A stretch of DNA of 58,484 bases, filler included, from Platydemus manokwari (lineage: Eukaryota), in assembly GCA_037951405.1 (NCBI GenBank). It is 5 parts of 5 records of this genome, joined end to end, with 100 filler letters (N's around TTAATTAATTAA, not from the genome) between each part and the next. Parts side by side here need not be neighbours in the genome. Positions count along the whole stretch, not along the records: positions 14,310 to 27,126 come from JBBMOY011958046.1; positions 27,227 to 36,327 come from JBBMOY011299317.1; positions 36,428 to 46,612 come from JBBMOY011160215.1; 2 more parts are not named here. The stretch is one strand, 5' to 3'. The translations under genes were made by a program, and so were the position numbers. The notes beneath the pieces are model-generated. The model had not been told where the DNA came from. It worked only from the letters and a program-made list of their open reading frames with translations, and ran no database searches. Shown in pieces: positions 25,286 to 38,078 of the stretch; the stretch's first letter is position 1, and every line of letters starts with the position of its first letter.

Positions 25286-28200
25286 GTCAAGCACTTCAAA
25301 AGATCATTTGAATCTTTATATGTGTCAACCAGACGATCTAAAGTATCTGATGTCGAATATACCAATACCAGTTCTCCAATAATTCCCAAAATGATTTATC
25401 TCCCTCCTAGTAGAGATCATACTATATCTCCATCAGTGACAGTGCCAAATGATATATCTTTACTCTCTAAAACCATGAATGTGAGTTCCTCTTTCAAAAT
25501 ATCAGCAACCAAAAGTGCTTCGAATGGAAATCTGAATTACAATTATGGAGAAGCTCGAACACCAGAAAAATATTTTCATCCTTTGAATTATAATTGGAAA
25601 GCCGTTGATACTGTGGCAAAAGTGAAACGAGGCAGATCGGCCATGAATCTCCGATCGAAAGATAGCCAGTCAGCGGAACGATCTTGTGAGGCAACAGATG
25701 ACCAATTGAATCCATTGGAAAAAGAAAAATCCGTCGACAAAAAGAAATTCAGTAAAAGCTATCTGAAAAGAAAATTAGCCAAGCTGTTTAAGTCGACTTC
25801 GAAATTAAATGAACCTCCCATTCATAACAAGCCATCGTCGTGTGATGATTGCAAAAATAAAATGAAAGGTTTGAATTCGCCAATAGGTTTACCAAATGAT
25901 GCTTTGAGAAATTTGTCATTCACAGCTGCAATGATGGGAAAGGATTCTGCCACTGTCGGACAACCAAAAGTTTGTAATATAGTCTATATATAGTTATTTT
26001 ACAAATAAATTATCAGCTCCCGATGAAATTTACGGTGAGAATAAAAAATGAGAGCAATTAATTATACTTTTTAATTCACAGAAATATAAAGTTTTTTAAC
26101 GAAAATCGTCAAATTATTGTATCAGCCAATAGAATTTATAGATAATAAAATATTCCAAGATATTATTTATCAAATCAATGAAAAAAACTAGTATTTATTT
26201 GAGCTTCTCTGTAAGTTTTTTGATTTTTATCTGTTTTGTGTCTGAGTAGTGCAGGATTGTTTGATAGTTTCTTTACATTGTACGGTTTCTTGAGATTATG
26301 GAGTTTCGCTATCTGTTGACATTGATTGATGGAAATTTTAGATGTGGATATTGAGATTGTCTTTGTTAGAATCATCGGCACGTATTGAGTTGATGCTTGA
26401 GAATTTTGTATGGAAAGGTCGGTTTGCGCAGTAGAATGTCCACTGAAATGTTACATCATCGATGTGCAAATGATATAATATTATCTTTAATATTATGTTT
26501 TTGTGACTAAGAAACTTTGTGTTTATCAATAGAAAATTTAAATCAAAATGTGTTGCATGCATTAAGGATTTCTGAAAATTTTAGAGACAAATCTAAAACG
26601 GTATAAAAAATTTCTTTTCTCAAGAACTGAACAAACCTGAACGAAATAGAAGCTAAAATAATTTCCATTCCTATTATTCTGATAGAATAAACAATCCCAC
26701 TTGATAATTTTGTTTCTGGAAGCCGATTTCCATGATGATATTTTCCCAAATTATGAAAGGCTGATAAAGAGGATTGTTTGTTTATTATAAGAAAAAAATG
26801 CACCTTTGTCTCCCGAACAATTATACTCTGCAAGTATTTCTTGGTAGTGAGAAAAACCGATAATAGACGAGATATGAATTTTATATCGACATTTCTCTCA
26901 GAGAAGATTAAAATATGCTTGAATTAAAAAATGAGCATAACATGATTTTCTAGCAAGTAAGGATTCTAAATGCAATTATTCTATGCCTAGTTACCAGAAC
27001 AGATATCATTGTAATTGAAAGCTCTTATATTCTGATGATTTCTATATTAGAATATATTAGGCTGAGTCAAAAGTTATTCATGTTTTTTAGTTGTTTAAAG
27101 TTTTTGTTTTACCAAATCATTTAAACNNNNNNNNNNNNNNNNNNNNNNNNNNNNNNNNNNNNNNNNNNNNTTAATTAATTAANNNNNNNNNNNNNNNNNN
27201 NNNNNNNNNNNNNNNNNNNNNNNNNNTTATTCTCTTGGGATCTCACTTTGAATGATTCAATTCATTAAAACATAATAATTGTTTATATAAATTCATTTTT
27301 AGAGCCAATATTCATCAAAAGAGAATCTATTACATCATAAACATCATTCTTCTCAACAACCAAGATCACCATTGTGTGGTGGCTTAATAACATCAACCAG
27401 TACTGGTCAATCTTCACCATTCCATTCCGCTCGTTCTGGCAATTCCGTGACAAATAAATGCATCAGTGGTCGCAACAGTAGAAATCACAGTCCGTGTGAT
27501 AAATTGTTGATTTCTGAAAATCGTACACCTACTGATTCTATGGTTGATCCTCAATTCTCTTCAAAAAATCTAGCTGTCAATATCAAACCCAGATCACAGA
27601 GCCTCAAGTAAAATTGTTTTACTTTATATTAATAATGTTTCAATAATGAAAGTATTTATATTTATCATTTATCGCTCACTTTCTCCGTCAATAACAGAGT
27701 CAGATAAATAAATCTTAGAAAATATCATTAAAATATTGAATTCAATTTTTTATCTTTAATAATAATAATTATTATTATTATTGTTATTGTTATTATTAGT
27801 ATAATTATTAATATTAATAGTAATCAGACAACATTCGGATGTTATGCTTGGTTAGATTAATTAAATTTTGTTGTTTATTTTATTTTTTTTCATTATTTTT
27901 ATAGGTATATTTGATTATTATTACTATAATAATAATAATTATTATTATTATTCATGACATTTAGTAGCCCATGTCGTTCTCCTGGAGCTTATGAACAAGA
28001 TATTTTTATATTGAATCACGTTTACAAGGAGAGATTTCCCAAGGTCAGTTAAATTGATCCCTTGAATTACGAAATTGTTGACATGGCCCCATTATGTCTC
28101 TTTCAGGCAACCATGCAAATGATGGATCGTTTGAGCAGTATGCTTTCATGTCTAGAGAATGAAAATACTGTTTCATGGGAGCCAATTAGTAGGCTGGTCC

Positions 28201-31200
28201 ATACACAAATTATGAAACATGTTAAAGATATTCTCAATATGACCAATCTTGAAGCCATTACATCGACGTACTTCTTCGAGTTGACTCAAAATTTAGAAAC
28301 ACTGTTAAAGGAGGTGGATTTTGGTATTTTTTTATTCACTTATTTTTATCTGACCTATAGACTCGTTTAAAATGTCCCGAATCTCTGACAAGAGTACGCC
28401 CAATTGTACAACATTTGCTTTTCATTATTGCTCGACCAGCTCGTTTATTAGAATGCATTGAATTCGATCCAAAGGAGTTCTATAAACTGTTAGAAGCTGC
28501 CGAAAATAATTTGCGCAATGTACAGACAGATGTGCCTAAATATATCATATCTAAATTAGGATTGGATAAAGATCCATATGGTGAGACAATGATCTGTGAC
28601 AACTGATGGATTGATATATTGATTCACACAGATATTGGATCAGAAGAATTGAATACATCTCTCGAGCTCAACTTATCTATTGAAACCGATGATCATTCGT
28701 TCAATAAAAGTCAAAAAACACCTCCAGATTCTAATAGACAAAGAACCAATTCATTAGAAACAAGCTTTTTAAAGCCATTGGCACCGAAAGAATCCGATTT
28801 TGAAGATATAAAACTCATTTCCAATGGAGCATACGGGTGAGTGATGATTTGTAATTAGAGTAATGATCTGGGGATCTGGATGGGATTGAGAATGATTATT
28901 TGTTATGAAAAATATTTTGTTAATATCATTCTAGAGCTGTTCATCTCGTTCGTGAAAAGAAAACCAAAAAACGATTTGCCATGAAAAAGATACGAAAGGA
29001 TAATTTATTGTTGCGTAATCAAGTCGATCAGATCTTTGCCGAAAGGGACATCATGACGTTCGCTGATAGCCCGTTTGTAGTTGGTCTGTATTGTACATTT
29101 GAGACGAAGAAATATCTTTGTATGATTATGGAATATGTGGAAGGTGGTGATGTGGCTACACTTATCAAAAGCATTGGCCCACTTCCCGATGAACTTGCTA
29201 GAATGTATTTTGCTGAAACTGTTCTGGCATTAGAATATCTTCACAATTTTGGTATTGTTCATCGGGATTTGAAACCAGACAATTTGCTCATCACATTAGA
29301 AGGCCATATCAAACTCACTGATTTCGGTTTATCAAAAGTTGGTTTGATGAATTTGACGACAACTTTATTGGAATCAGTATTGGATAAAGATTGTACCATG
29401 TTTCAAGACAAACAAGTGTTTGGAACACCAGATTATATAGCACCTGAAGTGATATTGCGACAAGGATATGGTTAGTTAGGATTATCTCTCTTTCTGTCTG
29501 TGTATTTTACAAGGGTTTTCATAGATAAAATGATTGATTGGTGGGCCATGGGTATCATTTTGTACGAATTTGTTGTCGGCTGTACTCCATTTTATGGTGA
29601 TACCACTGAGGAATTGTTTGGCAATATTATCAGTGGTACGAAATTTGTTTCTATCCTCTCAACACGATATTATTATGATTATGATTATTTGTTTATATCA
29701 TTTATCTAGGTGATATCGAATGGCCACAAGAACCGGATCCAGTTGTGCCAGAAGATGCCACTAATCTTATTACAGAATTATTAAAACGCGATCCTCTGGC
29801 ACGTTTAGGTTCGGAAGGAACGCATGCTGTTAAAGAACATGAATTCTTTTCTGATCTCGATTGGCAAGGTCTGTTGAGACAAAAAGCACTTTTTATTCCA
29901 GTTCTTGATCATGAGGAAGATACGAGTTATTTTGATCCTCGCACCAGCCGATATCAACATGAATCGGAAAGCGAGGATTGTGATGGAGGAGGAGAGGACA
30001 GTGAAACAGTCGACCATTGGTGTAATGAAGATAGTCAAGAAACTGGAACGACAGTGTTTCATGCTTTTCCTTCATGTTCACCACGATTTAGTAGATTTGT
30101 TGAGACAGAACTTTGTCGAATGAGTGAATCGAGCTCGTTGATTTTCCCTCAAGAAAATGAGGACGCAGTAAAAATGGCTAGAAGTGTCAGTGCAGCTCCA
30201 AGTCTTCTGTCAAGCGAATCAAGTAGTGAAGAAGCTGTCCAAACTGGTAACACTCAAGCAAGTAGTACAAGTAGCTTGGAATTAAGTGCTCATGGAAGCT
30301 TGGCACATCAATCCAGTGCCAGTAGTGACACAGAATTTCCTCTTTCTCGAGATATTGGAAATCAAGCCATTTCAACACCAATCTGTACGAGAGAACGCAG
30401 TGAATCATCACCAGTTCACATATCACCAGCTATGCCACGGTCTATTAAACCAATGCGTGATCCTATTTCAGCTGTGTCACCACTGGCCAGAGTCGACAGT
30501 TCAACAAATACAACATCTATCGCAACCAATGTTTCACGATCCGCTTCTACTCAACAGCTTACACCTCCCAGACGAGCAAGTGCTCCACGTGCTCAATCAC
30601 CTTTGAGTGTCACCAGTGGTTCATCTTTGGCACCACCGATTGTTATTCATCGTCGTTCGCGTAATTTTGGATTTGTGATTCGAGCTATTCGCGTATTTTA
30701 TGGCGAGAGTGATGTCTACACGCTTCACCATCTCATTGTTGGTGTAGATCCAGAAGGAAGCGCTTTCCAAGCAGGTTTAAGAGAAGGTGATCTGATAACT
30801 CATATCAATGGAGTATCAATTGTTGGAGCATACCATACTGAGGTGGTATCAATGATTATTCAGGTGTGTTTGAGTTATATATTATCATATCATTATCATT
30901 CAATTATAATTATTGATTATATATTATTATATCGGCACACACATATATCGATTGATTTATTATTAATAGCATTGATATAATTATTAAATAGCATTGATAT
31001 CAATGGCCGTATTGGCGGGAGAGAGAGATGGTGATGTGGATTCATATTTATTTAATAAAATATTATCATTATTATTATCTTTATCATTATTATTATTGTA
31101 TCACACTTATCCATTACTATTTCATCAATATTGTTTCCCAATAACATATCCATTATTATTATTATTTTAAACCTTTATTCATTGACCTTGTGTTGTCGAT

Positions 31201-32806
31201 CAAATCTTCACTATGTGTATATTATTGTTCCAATAAATCCATTATTCATCTCTACTCCTTTATTTAGTCCGGTGCTAGCATCACTCTTCGTGTTGTACCT
31301 TTGAATCAGAGCTTTATTCGTACAGATGGTCCTTGGCGACCAGCTGGAAAAATGGCTACTAAGCATCATCCTAGAAAGGCTCAACATCTTCGTGCTGGAA
31401 AGAAATGTTGTACTGGACATAAACCATTGAAACAATTATCTCAAGCACCACCAGTACCTCCTCATGGTCAAATTAGGCATTTGTCGACAACAAGTGGTTC
31501 TTATTTTGGTCACAGTTCTCCTGGTACTGCACCACAAATTATACGGAGGTGAATTATATATATTGTTGATTGATTGATTTTTGGAATATTTTGTGTGTGG
31601 GTTTGTGTGTGTGTGTGTGTGAATAAATTATTTTATCTTATATTAATCACTTTCCACTTTTTAATTATTCTGGGTGTGAGTCTGTCACGCATATTACAAA
31701 GAAGTATAATAATAGACATCATCATTAGCATCATTATGGTCAATTATTGATGATTTAGTTGATTAAAATGAAGGTGATTTTTACAGGTCAAATATTGAAT
31801 GTGCGCGCCTTGCTATAATATTACAATAATGATTTAGCGCCTTGTATTAATTGTGATGTGACGGTGTGTGTGTGTATATCGATATTAAATATAGAAATTT
31901 TAGATATTATTTGATTTTCATAGAAATAATGTGTGTATTTTTCATTAAAATTGATGGACAAATAATATATGAGTATTGCTGTAAAAGGTAGGCGACAAAT
32001 TGATTTTACCCCATCAAATAATACAATTTACCCCCCCCCACCCAACTGCAAATACTATTCACCCCAGAAAATAATGCCGTTTACCTCAACAGATTTACAA
32101 TTATATATTTGAAGAAATCAATGTCTGAGATTATTCTCCTATCATTAATAAAATCGTTTTGATAATAACAATCTCCTGTTCCGTCTTATGTGTTTGTATT
32201 GGCGCTTCAAGTAGCATAGCTAAATGGAATTGAAGACAAAATAATTTATTCACTTATTTAATGGGGTTTGTGGTTTCAATTTAACATGTTTTTATTTATA
32301 TTTTAAATGAGGCCCGATAAATGGGACAAATTTTCTCCCAATGAGAAATTCACAGAAATTTTCAGACATCGACAATTTGATTGATTCCAAAATGTTGTGT
32401 ATTGGTGCTATATATTGAAATGATCAAATAGATTTGTAAACCGCGCCCACTCTATAATGAATGAAATATCTATTAGCTATTTATGTATTAGCAATGTCTG
32501 AACAGATTTGCTTGTTTTGGTTCGCTTTGACAAATTATCTCTCATATTCAATGTTGGCATTGATTATTGAATTATTGATTTGTTTTCGAATCGATTTATT
32601 ATCTTCTACATTGTAGATCGACAGAGAAACCATTGATTCGTCAACTCAGTGAGAAACAACATCGTATGCAATCCAATCAGTCTCGCCAATCTGGCTCATC
32701 GTGTACCACTTCTGACCATGGTCGTGGTGCACGTCATCAAAACTTGATACCTTCAAGTCCCAGCAACAACAATTATCCAATGATAAACAAAAGCCATTAC
32801 CAATAA
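25286..32806 (+). CDS. MAST: Microtubule-associated serine/threonine kinase (MAST family: DUF1908, AGC kinase, PDZ)
   Basis: Phase-consistent GT-AG exons: 27303-27607, 27965-28043, 28107-28313, 28361-28580, 28632-28836, 28935-29470, 29525-29635, 29710-30863, 31268-31548, 32617-32806. Motifs: [42 protein letters not shown] (DUF1908); [44 protein letters not shown] (kinase); EEDTSYFD (AGC tail); PPIVIHR...[24 protein letters not shown]...GDLITHING (PDZ). Upstream exons 25286-25969 and 26017-26034 are phase-compatible but lie across a gap linker, so they are less certain. The start codon was not found. Confidence 0.95.
27057..27088 (+). mobile_element. mariner-type terminal inverted repeat (element truncated by gap)
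   Basis: TA followed by TTAGGCTGAGTCAAAAGTTATTCATGTTTTT. A near-identical copy occurs at 46547. It resembles mariner TIRs (TTAGGTTGG..CAAAAGT) with a TA target site. Confidence 0.65.
27127..27226. other. Synthetic assembly gap linker
   Basis: N44-TTAATTAATTAA-N44. Confidence 0.97.
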
Positions 32807-34884
32807 TTATCACATTTTTTTTATTTAATAAACACACACACACACTCTTCTATTCTATAATTAGAAACAAATCGATTCATGTCTTTCAGAAATACCGTTT
32901 GATTATGCCGCCACTGGTTGATAATAACAATAATAATAATAATGTGCTGTGCGTGAACATTGATTTTTAATATTCCTGTGATTGTTTATTGATGTGTTTT
33001 ACAATTCGTGCTCTGCTATACTATTATTGTATTCACATGATTGTGTGTGTGTGTGCTGTGAGTGTGTCCGTATTTGTATAAAATATTGACTACAGTTGGA
33101 GGAGGAGGAGGAGGAAGGGAAGAACCCATTTGCCAATTTGTCGTGTAAATAAAATACGAAAATAATCTCTCATTTGCTCATTCATCGACACACATTATAC
33201 TGCAGTATTATCTATTATTATTATTATCTATTAATAATAATATTAATTGTGATCCTTATCTATAAACCGGTCTCTAGATTGTGTCGCAGCTGCGCGGAGT
33301 GATTCTACAAATATTATTATTATCATGACGTCATCACCACGCCAACGTACACTGGTGAATGTGTTGTACATAATGAAACAAATGTATTTATGGTTTCTTA
33401 TCAAATAAATGATTGCTATTCGATATGTTATTCGATATTTTTTTGATCGTTTTTTGTTATAGAAATGATTTTGACATTATTTTATGATGTCGTAATGTAA
33501 AGATATGAAGATAATATGTTCAATATTGTTTTGTATTTGATGATGATTGTTTTGTCATTTCGAATGATAATTATTTATAGGAATTATTGATAAAATATAA
33601 ATAGCAGCCGTGGAAATGAAATTGAGTGGGCTGATAATTGAACTGATATTCCTAATATGATGACGCTGATGCTGCTGCTGATGATGATGATACTGAGTTA
33701 TGATGATACCCGTAATTTTACATTGATTATCCCAACCAAAAATTATTAAGAAATACCCACATCTAATATTGTGGCAGATAATAGCTAATTAAGATTAACA
33801 ATTTTCATTATTTTTACCGCCACATAACTGGAAATATTTCTTGGGAAATATTAATGAATAATAATAACAATTATTATTATTATACTTATCATTAATACAG
33901 CTATATAAATGTTTCTCAATAATAATATTATTATTATTTGTGTTTTTATATTTAATATGGAATATAATAGTTGAGATATTGATATATAATGCAGATGGAT
34001 TCTAAATGATATATATTGTGATAAATAATCCAATTAGTCGGGGATCTTGGGTAGGGGCGGTGATAAGGTAATGATTATCGATCAGGAAAACATGATCCCT
34101 TAATTGTTGTAAAAATAGTTATGAATATTTTTAATAATTATCATTATTATCTGATAAATAATAAATAAATTATGTGAGATAATAATAATAATAATCAACA
34201 TATCTATTAGAATCATATCGATATATCATATAGAACTGTCATTATAAATGAAAATGTAATTATTAAAGGTGACCATTGAATTGATATGTCAATGTAATGA
34301 TTTATGAAAATTATGTATTACCGGTGATATTGTTATTGTTTTGTGACATCAATATTTATCGATGCCATTCCAGAAATGAGAGCAATCGTGAAAATAGAAT
34401 AGCAAATTGATGTATGAAATGAAAAGGGGCAAAAATGAAATCAAGCAACGCTAATCTATTCAACTATTCATTGATCGATATATTGGTTTATATCAATGAT
34501 TTGGGATGGATTTAGAAGATGATAATCAAATGGAGAAATGGTAACATATAAACCAATGAAAATATCGATAAAATAATTATTGGTTTCTACTTATCTAATA
34601 CAGGGACATTTAATATGACCTTGAGCGAGAATTCATTGGTTTTGTAGCAGAGATAATCATTCAGTTGTTTAGTATAATATTGATGAAAATAATGAAAATT
34701 TTATACGAATATGATTGGGCATGGATTTGATGAACATAAAGGTGGGTCATTGATATCCAAATAATTTGATATCCGATCTTGATTAATTCCATCTTATATG
34801 GCAAGAAAAATTTCGTTTTTATCAGTAAGAAAATATCTGGAGATCAAAAGATTTAAATTTAAAAATATCGATTAGAAAACAGTT

Positions 34885-35146
34885 AATTTGACTTTGGCTT
34901 GAAAAACGTCGCGTGTATCTAATTATGCAGCCGACTTACTCACCGGACACAAACTTCATGAATCGATTTATCTTCAGGAACTACCAATGCTACCGACGTG
35001 GAAAAAACTTCAGTAATTCAGAAGAGATGAGCAACGATTTTCGCCAATATTTGGAGTCAACATCACGGGCTAAGCTCATAGGCGAGTTTCAAAATTTTAC
35101 ACGTCATTTTCAGAGTATCCTTGAAGCTGATGAAGACCATGTTTAG
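34885..35146 (+). pseudogene. mariner transposase C-terminal fragment
   Basis: WLEKRRVYLIMQPTYSPDTNFMNRFIFRNY...GKNFSNSEEM...FTRHFQSILEADEDHV* corresponds to the HPPYSPDL..D..LF and RW..CI...GDYF end of mariner transposases. Confidence 0.8.
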
Positions 35147-36174
35147 GTTATGTTATGGCTTGCTAACACTTTTAGTGTAATTGCACATGCGATTTTCACA
35201 AATAAATATTTTATATTAAATATTTTAGATTTGGATAAGATTTCATCGACGTAGAAAAACGAAATGTTTTTGCCGGTAATTATATATAAATATAATTGAG
35301 AGCTAAATACTGGAAGTAAGTTCTATTTTTTCAAGAAAATCCACAACACAAATATGTCTGTCAATCACATTTATCGATTGGTTATCAATTGTGGCACTGA
35401 TCTTGAAGATCAAATTGTATTTCATTTCCTATGATTTCGATTGTTCAATCCTATATTCATTACAATATCATCATCATCATCATATTCGAATGTTTTGTTT
35501 ATGGAATTATAAATCAATGAATCCCGTTTTAATTCTTTACGATAATCAATTCAAACAAACAATTTCAAATCATAAAATCAGCACAGCACAAAAATCAAAT
35601 CCATATTTTTCGATTGGAATTTATTTTTATTCATTTTCTCATGATAATTTGTTAAAAGAAATTGGTTGGAAAAAGTTGGTCTGTCATCAAAAATTTGACT
35701 TGTTGTGTTGATAAAAACTGGTCAGTATATGCCAGACAAAATATCGAGATGAATAAATCCAACCATTTATGAGCTCTACCAAATCAATTGTCGGAACGTT
35801 ATTGTTTATGTGTTGGAAAGATCAATGATTAAAACAAAACTTGAAAGCAAAATTTTTACATTTTAACGATATCTGATTTGGAGATATCATTTATAATGTT
35901 AGACAAAATAGTCAGAAAATATCAGATAAATATAATCATGAATTATCGTGATTCTATCTGAATAAGGAGTGTTTATTTATGTCTACGGTGTACCCAGTAG
36001 ACTTTATGTCGACATTTCTGCCAGTCAATCTTTATTTAGTTGAAGATGATTGGATGAATTTTTTTTTTGATGAAAAATAAATCGATCACATTTAAATCTA
36101 TTTTCAATTTTATAATTGAAACCTACAACATTAATAATTACCAATGACGAATAAAATATTGATGACGTCATTAA

Positions 36175-36327
36175 TAATTTAATAAAAATAATATAATAAT
36201 AATATTATAATGATAATAATATTATTATATTAATGGTGATAACAACGATAATAATCATAGTAATGATAATAATAATGATGATACTAATAATGATAATAAT
36301 AATAATGAAAACCGTAATGATAATAAT
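36175..36327. repeat. Imperfect (AAT/GAT)n microsatellite running into gap
   Basis: Directly visible. Confidence 0.9.
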
Positions 36328-36427
36328 NNNNNNNNNNNNNNNNNNNNNNNNNNNNNNNNNNNNNNNNNNNNTTAATTAATTAANNNNNNNNNNNNNNNNN
36401 NNNNNNNNNNNNNNNNNNNNNNNNNNN
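36328..36427. other. Synthetic assembly gap linker
   Basis: N44-TTAATTAATTAA-N44. Confidence 0.97.
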
Positions 36428-37553
36428 GATGCTCACTTAATAAATTTGCTTCATGGTTCTATACCATTTAAAATTTTATTTTGAAAATGTTTAAGTAAAG
36501 AACTTTGTCACTGAGATGGTTTATTTGACCCGGTGAATGAGACAGACAGACAGACACACATATATGTAATGGAATAAGTTATAGGGTGTGCACAAGCAAT
36601 AACACTTTATCTAGTATTCTAATTAAATGTGACCCATAAAACAATTATCAATTTGCGAATATTACGCGAATAATTCCAATATTCTCAAAAATCCAGATAT
36701 CATCAAATTTCTTTGTATTTAAATACAATTCAATCTTTTTTCAAAAAATAATTGACTTTTTTAAAAATATTTCCTAAACAATATTGTTTCACTCTTTAAT
36801 CGCCATTTCATCAGCATGTCTGAAAACATCCACTTATTCAGGCGCCATACCCGATATATTTAACCCTTAGCCTAAAATTCATTATTAATTTTTTCTTTTG
36901 AAGTGTAAGTTATATTAATTATGGTTAGTTTGATGACTAACGCCCGAATGTAAGAATTATTTCAATGAGTTTTAGTTCAATTGATATCGCTATATATATT
37001 TTATATTTATCAAATTATATTCATTAAAAAATTATCATTTTTATATAATAAAGATAAGGTTTCAATCACATTAGATTGTCAATTTAAAAATCATCAAATA
37101 TTTTATTTAATTTGATATATTTATGTTGCAATACTCAAAAACCAAATCAATAATATGATTGTATTTTTCCTTGCTATATAATATTACAAAGTTAAAATAA
37201 AATGATATTTTTTCTCATAGAATTTATTCGTTAATCCACATATCGTTAATGGAAAGGTGGTTTTTTCATTTTTTATAGACAATAATCATTTTTCTTTTTT
37301 AGATAATAAATAAATTTTACAATTTGTTTTCCAAATTCAATATTGAAAAATAATTTTTACAAAAAAGATATAATAAACATTTATTTATTTTTTGTATTGA
37401 TTTTTTTATAATAATAGTAATAATATTGGAATCAGTTGATTCTAATCAAGTTCAACATAGACAATTATGAAATTAATAAATTTAAACATTGGAAATGGTT
37501 AGTTGAACGCACTGTTATTTTTATTGTTTTTAATATTTAATATACTCCACTAG

Positions 37554-38078
37554 AAAAATAGCTGCTATGCTATTGGTGGATATCATGCAATTGGCAAGTA
37601 ATTTATTTCTCATGATTTTTATGAAATTTAGATATGTTATTTCGTGGTTTTAATAATATTTTTTATCACTGATCAAGTAAAATTAAAGCAACTTTACTTA
37701 CTCAAAAAAATATTTGCTAATAATATTTATCATTATGCGTTGAAGTTTCTTTTAAATATATAAACGATAATGAAAATTGATATTTTTCAAAACATATATA
37801 TTTATATTAGAAATCTTCAAAATAGTCAAAATAAATCTAACAGTGGTAATGCTCCAAGTCGACAAGTATTACAGTGGTTAGAATCACAAGATTGCGGAAG
37901 TGTTAGTAGCAGTGGCGGTGGTGGTGTAGTGCCATCTTTATATGAAATTGGCTCCGATATTAAAGAATCTGAATCAAATAATATTTCGACCGATGTGTTG
38001 GAAGATAGGAATAATAATCGAATCCACGCATCATCATCATCTATGTCATCTGGGAATGAGCATAATCGATTGAAAGAA
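37554..38078 (+). CDS. Probable exons of an unidentified low-complexity protein gene
   Basis: Exon 37554-37597 (KNSCYAIGGYHAIG) splices in phase 2 to a GC-richer exon 37811-~38078 (NLQNSQNKSNSGNAPSRQVLQWLESQDCGSVSSSGGGG...RLKE) bounded by AG/GT. No domain recognised. Confidence 0.4.

Noticed and set aside
26175-26833. Possible decayed non-LTR retrotransposon endonuclease on the minus strand (IILASISF...ILNACN)
   Set aside because: The resemblance is too weak and the diagnostic GDFN/SDH motifs are not identifiable.
28935-29880. Alternative nuclear genetic code (TGA as sense), suggested by in-frame TGAs at ~17525 and 47850
   Set aside because: The conserved Trp positions I checked in MAST and Pax use TGG, and these long exons contain no in-frame stops, so global recoding is unsupported.
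29805-30606. Overlapping ORFs on other frames and strands within the large MAST exon
   Set aside because: They are shadow ORFs of a GC-richer real exon with no independent motifs.
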